64,000 nt of DNA from an uncultured delta proteobacterium (GTDB lineage Bacteria; Desulfobacterota; Syntrophia; Syntrophales; UBA5619): the NCBI GenBank assembly GCA_963817385.1, contig CAWFOM010000005.1, positions 256,001 through 320,000 of the forward strand, given 5' to 3'. A model generated the notes under the pieces. That model was not told where the DNA came from. It saw only the letters and a list, made by a program, of their open reading frames with translations, and made no database searches. Positions 44,026 through 52,517 of this stretch are shown piece by piece; position 1 is the stretch's first letter; each line of letters starts with the position of its first letter. Position numbers and translations under genes: made by a program.

Positions 44026-44310
44026 ATTTTCCTTATCATATAACTCCTGTTTTCTCCTCATTGTATTCAGTGGCTGCATCCGCTAGATAACGATAAACCA
44101 TATCAGTTCATTCGGAGGTGTCACAATGGCAGTCAACGGCGTCAGCCACCTGGATAAAAAGAAGACGGTGGTTCTGCAGATCGCACCGGAGACGGGATGC
44201 TTGTCTCATGACATGGGGCCTCTGGCCGCGTACACGTTTACACTACGGTATCAGCAGCGAATCTGTTGAGAATATTGATGATAAAATCGGTACGAAGGAA
44301 GGATACGGTA

Positions 44311-44550
44311 ATGACCTATTCATTTGCATGTCCTGTCCCCTGCAAGCGAGAGATCAAGGTTGACGCAAATGATAATCTCGATGCTGTCGACAAGATTATC
44401 GTGGCAGGAGCTATGAGCTGCCGTAATAAAGACAATCAATGCAGTTGTAAACAAGCTTATTTGAACATGCCCCCAATACCGGTCGAAGAGTTGCGACGTA
44501 TCGTGAGCTTATGCATGCGGGAAGAGTGCAATGAAACCCTTCGGTGCTGA
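44311..44550 (+). CDS. small Cys-rich hypothetical protein
   Basis: MTYSFACPVPC...; 79 aa with 8 Cys; GGAAGGA upstream. Confidence 0.55.
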   Translation: MTYSFACPVPCKREIKVDANDNLDAVDKIIVAGAMSCRNKDNQCSCKQAYLNMPPIPVEELRRIVSLCMREECNETLRC

Positions 44551-44638
44551 TGATATGGTGAACGGCTTCATAGGATGCGGCACTGACGATGTGAGCAATC
44601 TGTAGATTTGTACCGTATTGTTTATCTGGTGATGAGAG

Positions 44639-44848
44639 GTGACAAGCATGAACCAGAACATAAGCGATTTGATCAGCCGCATCAAAGGTGCACGCACTGA
44701 ACAATACTGGTGTCCCATCAAGCACGCTCGGCGTATCCGGGATGCCCATGACCATTACAGCAGCTTTTTTGAGTTTGGGGACGCCGAGAGTTTTGCCATG
44801 GGATTGGATCGATTGCGGAAGGAACTTGAGAAGCATGAGGCAATATAA
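44639..44848 (+). pseudogene. probable C-terminal fragment of a conserved membrane protein
   Basis: ARTEQYWCPIKHA...Y..F..FGDAE reads as a C-terminal motif; no N-terminal part is present (family recognised from memory). Confidence 0.45.
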
Positions 44849-44947
44849 CTGGCGGGAAAGTGAACGGTGTGATGGAAGTTGATCTCGCTGGACGGTTGCA
44901 GGTAGGGCTAACTCCTATGGTCAATAAGGTTGCTGGGATCCGATTTT

Positions 44948-45565
44948 ATGGAGCAGGCATCTATGAATGACAAGCGCCACGACATAACCGGCGTCATTCT
45001 GGTCGGCGGGAAAAGTTGCCGAATGGGCCGCGACAAGGCCTTCTTGCATATTGCCGGGAAGACCTTCTTCGAACGAGTGCTGGAAATATTAGGGGAAGGA
45101 CTTGACCGGCTCATGCTGGTGGGCGACCACCCGGAGCGTTTCGCCGGTTATGGCCTCCCCATTTTACCCGATATCTATCCGGGTAGTGCCCTTGGTGGGC
45201 TCTATACCGCGCTTTACCATGCTGAAACCAAGTACATCTTTGCCTCCTCCTGTGATATCGCTTTTCCCAACAGTAAGGTACTCCACTTTCTCTGTTCGCT
45301 CCGGGTCGGTTTCGACGCCGTCGTGCCGCAGTCGGTGCACGGATGTGAACCGCTCTTCGCTCTTTATGCCAAGAGCTGCCTCAGGCCGATGAAGAACCTT
45401 TTGGAAAGCGGCAATATGCGCATCAGGGATTTTTTTCCTCAGATCTTGGTCAGATATGTGCAACGTGGAGAACTGGCTTGTTTCGACAGGGAAGAAAGAT
45501 CTTTCGTAAATGTTAATACGCCGGAGGATTTTAGAAAAATCAAATTAGCAATAGGTCAAACATGA
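44948..45565 (+). CDS. mobA: molybdenum cofactor guanylyltransferase
   Basis: GVILVGGKSCRMGRDKA, ALGGLYTAL, CD, EPLFALY and NVNTPED motifs. Confidence 0.88.
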   Translation: MEQASMNDKRHDITGVILVGGKSCRMGRDKAFLHIAGKTFFERVLEILGEGLDRLMLVGDHPERFAGYGLPILPDIYPGSALGGLYTALYHAETKYIFASSCDIAFPNSKVLHFLCSLRVGFDAVVPQSVHGCEPLFALYAKSCLRPMKNLLESGNMRIRDFFPQILVRYVQRGELACFDREERSFVNVNTPEDFRKIKLAIGQT

Positions 45566-45671
45566 CGTTTGCCAACGGTATCACATCAGGAGATGAAGGG
45601 AGTCTGCAATATTGGCACTTGCCATAATGTCATTCGGTGCATCTCCCTTGTGGATCCGGCCCGACATGCAG

Positions 45672-48125
45672 CTATGCCACCGCTAGCCGTTCGATCATTG
45701 CCACCTTCACGGCGTCATTCACAACGAGGCAGGAGACCATCGCATAGGCGAAAATTACGAGTGTCTGCCACCAAGGCAACGGCAGGAGCCCTGGGAGACC
45801 GACAAGCGTCAGAGCAGTGCCCACAAGCGCATCCGCCGTGAGGGCCGCCATGAGAGTTTTACTGGGCATAGTGTTCCAAAACCAATGTCGCTCTCTCGCA
45901 GACACGATAGAAAAAACGGCCATGTCGAGGAGGGTCAGAAAGCTGAAGGTGTAAAGGGCATTGTCATTCGCCGCCAGGCCGAAATGTGCCCAGCCGATCC
46001 ACAAGAGGAGGAGCGCCTCCGCCACCATCGCGACGCCCAGGACCACGGACACCGTGATGAACCCCCCGATGTTCCACGTCTCCGGCTTCCTGGAGGGTCG
46101 CACGTGGTCGGTGGCGAGGGCGATCTTGGCGAAGTCCGTCATGAAGACCAAGAGCAGCATCGCAAACGCGGAGACGACGAACTTCCCGGTCGCCACGAAC
46201 GCTATGGCTACGAAGGCCGCCTTAAGGATCGTCCGGCTGATCTTGTTGATGATCCACGTCAGGATGCGCTGGTAGATCGTCCGTCCCTGCTCGACCAACG
46301 CCACGATGTTCGTCAGCCCCGGTTCGGTCAGGACTACGCTGGCGGCGCCCTTGGCGACATCGGTCGCAGTGCTGACGGCTATGCCCACTTCGGCTTGGCG
46401 CAGGGCGGGCGCATCGTTGACGCCGTCGCCCGTCATGCCGGTCACATGTCCCGCGGCCTGCAGGTGCTGCACCACGATGTATTTGTCCTCCGGATACACT
46501 TCCGCGAAACCGTCTGCGCCCGCCAACAAGTCAACTGCCTCATTGCCGGTCTGAACGTTCGCCGTCTTCAGGTCCGACACGCGTCGGATGTTTCGCAACC
46601 CGACCCCTTGCGCTATTTCACGCGCGACCGCCAGCGCGTCGCCGGTGAGCATCTTCACCGGAACGCCGAGGTCGCGAAGTGCAGCGATAAGTTGTTTGGC
46701 GTCCGGCCGGGGCGGATCAACCAACGTCACCAGGCCGAGCAATGCGGGGGCGCCCGTCTCGGTGCCGCGCGCCACTGCCAGCGTCCGATATCCCTTCAGG
46801 GCCGATTCGCCGACCATCGCCTCCAACGCTTCGATCGCCGGGGGCTCAAGTCCGCAGGCTTGGGCGACGGTTCGTACGGCGCCCTTCATCACGCGCAGTC
46901 GCTGCCCGTTTAGTTCGACCACGGCTTCCGTCCGCCGGTTCTTTGCATCGAACGGTGTAAAGGCGACGGGGGCGACCTTGGGAAGGCCGTCGAAAACATG
47001 CCGCTCTTTTGCCGCGGCGAGAAACGCTAGGTCAATCGGATCCTGGTTGGCTTCCTGGGACGCGAGCGTGCCGGCGAACAGCACATCAGATTCCGTCGCA
47101 TTTCCCAGCGGGATCACGCCGGTGACGGCCAGTTGGTTCATCGTGATCGTGCCCGTCTTGTCCACACAGAGCACGTCCATCGTCGCGGCATCCTCCGCGG
47201 CGCTGAGGCGGGTGACCAGGACGCCGCGCTTCGCGAGCTCCTTCGATCCGAAGGCCATGCTGACCGTGAACATGACGGGGAGGGCGACCGGCACCGCGCT
47301 CATCAGCAAGACGAGCATGAGTGGGATCATTTCGAGAAGGGGCACGTGGCGGATCAGCGACAGGACAATTACTACGCCCAAGAGCGCGCCGACGATGACG
47401 AAGAGCCAGCGGACGACCTTGGCCACCACCGCTTCGATGTGAAGTTTCGGTCGCGCCTCCTGAACGAGTTCCGTCGTGCGGCCGAAGTAGGTCTGCGCCC
47501 CGGTCAGCATCACCACGCCGTTGCCTTCTCCCTGACGAACGACCGATCCCGACGAGAGCACTCCGCCTGGGGCTATATCAACATCCATCGACTCGCCGGT
47601 GAGGGCTGACTGGTCGACGCTCAACGCGCCGATGAGGAGTTTCACGTCCGCCGGAATGATGTCGCCGGGGCGTACGCGGACGATGTCGCCGGGGACCAGT
47701 TCCCGGGCGGGAATGACCTGCCATTTTGCGTCGCGCAGCACGCGGGCGCTGACCTGCAATCTTCTCCGCAGCGTTTCGACGACGCCGGCGGCTCGATGCT
47801 CTTGCGCAAAGCTCAAGACAGCATTGACGACCAGCAGCGCGCTTACTACGGCGAGATCCGAGTATTTCCGGAGGACGGCCGACAAGACCATGATCAGTTC
47901 GAGCATCCACGCCGACACGCCCCAGAATTTCCCGAGAAATTTGAGGAGAGGGTGCCCTCGTCGCTCGGTCACCTCGTTGAAGCCATGCTCCTTCCGGCGG
48001 GTATCCACCTCCGCATGTGTGAGACCTGTATCGGGGTTCACGTGGAGCGCCGCGAGCGTGTCGGAAAACGACGCGGAGGCGATGTCGGGTCCCTTCTTAG
48101 TGGATGGCAACGAATGCAAGCTCAT
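45672..48125 (-). CDS. plasma-membrane proton-efflux P-type ATPase (P3A-like)
   Basis: DQSALTGES, PVALP, DKTGT, NQDPID, DPPRPD and TGDGVNDAPAL motifs. Confidence 0.9.
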   Translation of the reverse strand: MSLHSLPSTKKGPDIASASFSDTLAALHVNPDTGLTHAEVDTRRKEHGFNEVTERRGHPLLKFLGKFWGVSAWMLELIMVLSAVLRKYSDLAVVSALLVVNAVLSFAQEHRAAGVVETLRRRLQVSARVLRDAKWQVIPARELVPGDIVRVRPGDIIPADVKLLIGALSVDQSALTGESMDVDIAPGGVLSSGSVVRQGEGNGVVMLTGAQTYFGRTTELVQEARPKLHIEAVVAKVVRWLFVIVGALLGVVIVLSLIRHVPLLEMIPLMLVLLMSAVPVALPVMFTVSMAFGSKELAKRGVLVTRLSAAEDAATMDVLCVDKTGTITMNQLAVTGVIPLGNATESDVLFAGTLASQEANQDPIDLAFLAAAKERHVFDGLPKVAPVAFTPFDAKNRRTEAVVELNGQRLRVMKGAVRTVAQACGLEPPAIEALEAMVGESALKGYRTLAVARGTETGAPALLGLVTLVDPPRPDAKQLIAALRDLGVPVKMLTGDALAVAREIAQGVGLRNIRRVSDLKTANVQTGNEAVDLLAGADGFAEVYPEDKYIVVQHLQAAGHVTGMTGDGVNDAPALRQAEVGIAVSTATDVAKGAASVVLTEPGLTNIVALVEQGRTIYQRILTWIINKISRTILKAAFVAIAFVATGKFVVSAFAMLLLVFMTDFAKIALATDHVRPSRKPETWNIGGFITVSVVLGVAMVAEALLLLWIGWAHFGLAANDNALYTFSFLTLLDMAVFSIVSARERHWFWNTMPSKTLMAALTADALVGTALTLVGLPGLLPLPWWQTLVIFAYAMVSCLVVNDAVKVAMIERLAVA

Positions 48126-48193
48126 GCACCTCCAGTCATTGGCGCCGCTCAACGCATGACGAGATTTCACCGTGTCAAGCCGACATAAAAAAT

Positions 48194-49348
48194 TCAATTC
48201 GAACGCACGATAGGCTTGCCACCGACTGTGCCGGGCTTGGTGATTGCGCCCCCGGATGCCAGCATTAGCGCGTTCAGCCAGAATACCGGGAACAACCCGA
48301 GCAACGACCCAATTGACCCAAACAGGACCGGGACGATCACTCGTGTCAATTGATTTACGGTGACCCGCAAGCCCATCGCCTCGCCGGATCGGCCCTCTGT
48401 GGAGGTGCTGAAGGTCTGCATCAGAGTGATCGGCATCCCACAGCCCATACCAAGACCGAATATAAAAGAAATTAGCGCGAGCACCACAGCGCTCTTAAAC
48501 AACGGCATCAGCAACAAGCTTGTCGCTCCTAAGAATAATGCGTAGGCAAGCACCTTGCCCTCGGTTAGACGGGCAATGAGAAGCGGTAGGATCAGCCGCA
48601 CAACGAATCCCGCCACGGCGAACACGGCAAGAACGATGCCGATAGCGGAAGCGGACAATCCAATACTGTGTCCGTAAATCGGCAAATAGAACTGGAACAG
48701 ATCGGTGCCGGTCACAACCAGGCTGCTGGTAACCAGTACACGCCAAAGACCGGAGCCTGCCAACAGATCTCGAATGCTTCCCTTTGGTGTAGCATTGCGC
48801 GTGCCTTTTGGAAGCGCCCCACCCCAGATCACGAGCATAGCGACCGCCATAAGAGATATCAGAGCGATGTACAGGCAAGTGACGGCATAACCCGAATGAT
48901 CAATCGAAAATCCCGAAAGCAGCGGACCGAGAAAAATGGCTGCGGACATCACTAAGCTGAAATTGCTGAAATTTACAGAACGGTTATGCGGGTTGCTTAA
49001 AAGTCCCACCAGGTTCTGCAGGCATACATTGGTAAAAGCATGCAAAAGGCCGTACATCGCTGATGCAACAAAAAAAGCGGGTAATCCCGGCATGTAATAT
49101 GGCATCAGCATGCCACAAGTGCCGCAAACTGCGCCAAATATAAGCGGCCAGCGAGACCCAAAGCGATCGGCAAGTCTGCCAACTTGCCAAGAAAGCAGCA
49201 TCGGGAATACCGCATACGTAGCGGAAAGGACGCCGACAGTAAATGGCTGCGCACCGAGTTTTAGAGCATAAAGCGCAAGCAACACTTGGGCGGCTTTCAT
49301 GCTCGTGCCGCTCAACAACATCAGGGCAAAAATAAAATAGATGGGCAT
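48194..49348 (-). CDS. MFS transporter
   Basis: About 12 hydrophobic segments; GRLADRFG motif A. Confidence 0.88.
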   Translation of the reverse strand: MPIYFIFALMLLSGTSMKAAQVLLALYALKLGAQPFTVGVLSATYAVFPMLLSWQVGRLADRFGSRWPLIFGAVCGTCGMLMPYYMPGLPAFFVASAMYGLLHAFTNVCLQNLVGLLSNPHNRSVNFSNFSLVMSAAIFLGPLLSGFSIDHSGYAVTCLYIALISLMAVAMLVIWGGALPKGTRNATPKGSIRDLLAGSGLWRVLVTSSLVVTGTDLFQFYLPIYGHSIGLSASAIGIVLAVFAVAGFVVRLILPLLIARLTEGKVLAYALFLGATSLLLMPLFKSAVVLALISFIFGLGMGCGMPITLMQTFSTSTEGRSGEAMGLRVTVNQLTRVIVPVLFGSIGSLLGLFPVFWLNALMLASGGAITKPGTVGGKPIVRSN

Positions 49349-49378
49349 CGGACGCTCAGTTCTTAAGTTTGGTGTGTC

Positions 49379-49420
49379 GGCGCGAGGGCCCTGCGGGGTC
49401 CGCACCAGGGCGCCCAGAAA
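49379..49420 (-). pseudogene. 42-bp thioredoxin active-site scar
   Basis: 40/42 identical to trxA 37595-37636; encodes FWAPWCGPRRALA. Confidence 0.8.
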
Positions 49421-49427
49421 ATTCCCC

Positions 49428-49575
49428 CTCGTTGATTCAGATCAATGACTCTTCGCACAGTGGAGTGTATTCATGGAGCCGACACTAGAATTTTATTTAG
49501 CACGGGGCTCGGTGGGAAACAAACCAAATTTCACGGTTGCACGGCAAATACCTTGCCCCGCCGTACGGCATGGGG
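49428..49575 (+). repeat. direct repeat copy B, with FNR-type box TTGATTCAGATCAA at 49432-49445
   Basis: Aligns with 29669-29815. Confidence 0.9.
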
Positions 49576-49615
49576 GATGAACCCTCGGGGAATTTTCATA
49601 ACCGTTACTGCCGGG

Positions 49616-49667
49616 TGATTACCATGACCGTCTTTGACAATGCAGAGGGATCATGGGATAATTTCAT
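49616..49667 (+). promoter_or_regulatory. sigma-70 promoter (TTGACA 49634, GATAAT 49657) of the DUF2892-RND operon; repeat of 36113-36164
   Basis: 17-bp spacing; near-identical second copy. Confidence 0.75.
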
Positions 49668-49713
49668 TACACCGGCATTGACCAAGGCAATACATCTCCA
49701 AGGAGGAATGAAT

Positions 49714-49908
49714 ATGAAAATGGAACGGTATATCAGAGCCATTGCCGGCAGCTTTGTTCTGATTTCCCTGCTGCTGGCCTACTTTCACAGCCGTTACTGG
49801 CTGTTGTTCACCGCTTTCGTCGGACTCAACCTTTTGCAGTCCGCCTTCACAAAGTGGTGCCCGATGGAAACATTTCTGGAAAAGCTGGGCGTCCCGCGCA
49901 GCTGCTGA
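49714..49908 (+). CDS. DUF2892 (YgaP-like) small membrane protein
   Basis: ERYIRAIAG...FVGLNLLQSAFTKWCP motif; AGGAGG RBS. Confidence 0.85.
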   Translation: MKMERYIRAIAGSFVLISLLLAYFHSRYWLLFTAFVGLNLLQSAFTKWCPMETFLEKLGVPRSC

Positions 49909-49921
49909 ATCAGGAGGCCAC

Positions 49922-51319
49922 ATGGAAACGACAGGCAATAAGACAGGCACGGGGAGGAGATATGGCATCGCCTTCGTTTTCCTGGTGATCTCTCTTCTGT
50001 CCGTGATGGTGGAAACAGGGATGGCCGCGGAAGCACGGCTCACCCTTTCCCAGGCCGTGAAAGCGGCCCTGGAAAACAACCATGAACTCAACGCGCAGAG
50101 GAATTCCCATGCCGCGAAGCAGGCGGATGTGGGCATCGCCCGCAGTTATCTCCTCCCCAAAATATCCCTGGAAGAGCGATATCTCAGAACGGTCAACCCC
50201 ACGTATGCCTTCATGACCAAACTCAACCAGGAACGGATTGCAGTGACCGACTTTGCACCCGACTCGCTGAACCGCCCCGAGGCCGTCAATGACTTTCAGA
50301 CCGCCCTTTCCATCGAACAGCCCTTATTCGCGAGAAAGGCCGACATCGGCCTGGAGATGTCCAAAAAGGAGGTGGAGGCCTCGGAAGAGGCGCTGCAGAG
50401 GAAAAGGGAAGAGATCGCCTTCCGGGTGGTCCAATACTACCTGATGGCGGGCACCGCCGCAGGCTACGTCACGGTCGCCCAAAGGGCACTGGAGGATGCG
50501 CGGGAGCATCAGCGGCTCGCTGAGGCAAGATACACGGCGGGGCTGGGGCTTTACTCCGATACCTTGCGGGCCGCCACGGCGGTGGCGGACGCCGGGCAGA
50601 AACTGGTCAGCGCCGAAAAGAATCTCCGGGTGGCAAAAAGGGCCCTTGGCCTCATGACCGGCTCCGCGGAGGCGGTCGAGGTGAACGATGAGACGACCGC
50701 CCTGCCGCTTCGGGAGATCGAATATCTGCGGGGGCAATCACTCGCCAGGCGGGATGTCAAGTCGCTCGAACTGAGGAAAGAGAACGCCAAGAATTCCGTG
50801 AAGCTCGCTGAAGCGGGCTATTTCCCGTTCCTGGGCGTGGGCGGCAGCTATCAGTTGAACGACCACAACAAACCCCTGGGCAGCGAAGGCGATAGCTGGC
50901 AGGTGATGGCCTTCCTTAAATGGGAACTCTTCGACGGCACAAAACGGAAGCATGAAAAGGCCAAGGCCAGGTATCAGGTCTCGGAGGCGGAAGAACACCT
51001 GGAAGGCATGAAGAAAATGGTCTCCTTCCAGGTTGACGAAGCGTGGTTGACCCTGGAAGAAGCGAAAAGCAATTTGGAACTTGCCCGGAAAGCGCTCAAC
51101 ACAGCCGAAGAAGGCCGGCGGCTGGTAAAAGTCAGGTACGAAGGTTCCCTGTCGCCGATCATCGATATGCTCGACGCCCAGGTCAGCTCCGATCATGCGC
51201 GGGCCAATCTCGTGGCCAGGGAAAATGAATACAAGCTGGCGATCGCCAATCTATGTTACGCAAGCGGTACGATTATCGCGGACCTTGAGATGGAAGATCA
51301 GAAGGGGAGGACAAAATGA
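49922..51319 (+). CDS. TolC family outer-membrane efflux protein
   Basis: LTLSQAVKAALENN; two OEP repeats; WELFDG. Confidence 0.9.
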   Translation: METTGNKTGTGRRYGIAFVFLVISLLSVMVETGMAAEARLTLSQAVKAALENNHELNAQRNSHAAKQADVGIARSYLLPKISLEERYLRTVNPTYAFMTKLNQERIAVTDFAPDSLNRPEAVNDFQTALSIEQPLFARKADIGLEMSKKEVEASEEALQRKREEIAFRVVQYYLMAGTAAGYVTVAQRALEDAREHQRLAEARYTAGLGLYSDTLRAATAVADAGQKLVSAEKNLRVAKRALGLMTGSAEAVEVNDETTALPLREIEYLRGQSLARRDVKSLELRKENAKNSVKLAEAGYFPFLGVGGSYQLNDHNKPLGSEGDSWQVMAFLKWELFDGTKRKHEKAKARYQVSEAEEHLEGMKKMVSFQVDEAWLTLEEAKSNLELARKALNTAEEGRRLVKVRYEGSLSPIIDMLDAQVSSDHARANLVARENEYKLAIANLCYASGTIIADLEMEDQKGRTK

Positions 51320-52479
51320 ACGCAACGACCTCAGAAAATGGGCGACAGAAATACCCGAGGCGGCACCCGCTGCCCCTCTTTTTTCTGATTGCGGCCGCAG
51401 CCCTTTCCCTGATCGGATGCGGCGACAAGGTTACGCCGGGCAACACCCAGGTAAAGCGGCAGACGATAAGCGGCGTATCGATCGTCACGCTTGCACCCAC
51501 ACCGGTAGATGAATTTACCGAAGCCACGGGAACGGTCAGGGCCGCCAACACCAGTTACGTGGCGAGCCGCATGATGGGTACGGTCACCTCCCTTCTGGTA
51601 AAAGAGGGCGACATCATAGAGAAGGGCCAGCTCCTCCTGACGATCGACGACCGGGATATTCTCCAGAAGGTGAGAGCGGCCGAGGCGGGCCATCAGGAGG
51701 CGATCAAGGCCCTGGAGTCGGCAAAACAGAACCGCGAACTCACCGACATCACGTACCGGCGTTACAAAACAATGTATGAGGAAAAGGCCATCTCCCGGCA
51801 GGAGATGGACCAGTTCGAAACGCAGAAAAAGGTGGCTGTTTGGGAATATGAGCGCGTGCAAGAGATGGTGAACCGGGCTTCAGCAGGTCTTTCCGAGGCA
51901 AAGATCTATCTGGATTTTACCCGGGTAACCTCCCCACTCCAGGGGCTTGTTACAGAAAAGAAGATCGAGGCCGGCAGCATGGCTGTGCCCGGCATGCCGC
52001 TCCTCACGGTGGAAAACACCGCTGCCTACCATGCGGAAATCACGGTCGATGAAAGCCTCTCCGGCAACCTTAAGCCAGGCATGCCGGTCATGGTATCGAT
52101 AGAAGCGATCAAACGTCGCCTAATGGGGAAGATTACGGAGATCCTTCCGGCGATCGATCCTCAGTCGCGCTCCTTCACGGCAAAAGTCTCCGTAAGCGGC
52201 CCGGGACTCAGGAGCGGCCTTTACGCCAAGGTAACAATCGCGCACGGGAAAAAAGAGGCCCTCCTGGCGCCGAAGGCCGCTATCGTCGAAAAAGGACAAT
52301 TGACCGGCGTCTATGCCGTGGACGGCCAGGGGATCGTAACCTACCGCCTCGTCAGGACCGGCAAGGAGTACGCCGGCAATTGGGAGATACTGTCGGGACT
52401 GAAACCAAATGACCGGATCATCGTTCAGGGCGTGGAAAAGGCCGTGGACGGCGGCATCATGGAAAACGGGAAGAAATAG
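51316..52479 (+). CDS. RND efflux periplasmic adaptor subunit (lipoprotein)
   Basis: LIGC lipobox; VKEGD...[19 protein letters not shown]. Confidence 0.9.
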   Translation: MNATTSENGRQKYPRRHPLPLFFLIAAAALSLIGCGDKVTPGNTQVKRQTISGVSIVTLAPTPVDEFTEATGTVRAANTSYVASRMMGTVTSLLVKEGDIIEKGQLLLTIDDRDILQKVRAAEAGHQEAIKALESAKQNRELTDITYRRYKTMYEEKAISRQEMDQFETQKKVAVWEYERVQEMVNRASAGLSEAKIYLDFTRVTSPLQGLVTEKKIEAGSMAVPGMPLLTVENTAAYHAEITVDESLSGNLKPGMPVMVSIEAIKRRLMGKITEILPAIDPQSRSFTAKVSVSGPGLRSGLYAKVTIAHGKKEALLAPKAAIVEKGQLTGVYAVDGQGIVTYRLVRTGKEYAGNWEILSGLKPNDRIIVQGVEKAVDGGIMENGKK

Positions 52480-52517
52480 AAAGTGGGCAAGCAGGAACCT
52501 GCCGGGGAGACACCATC

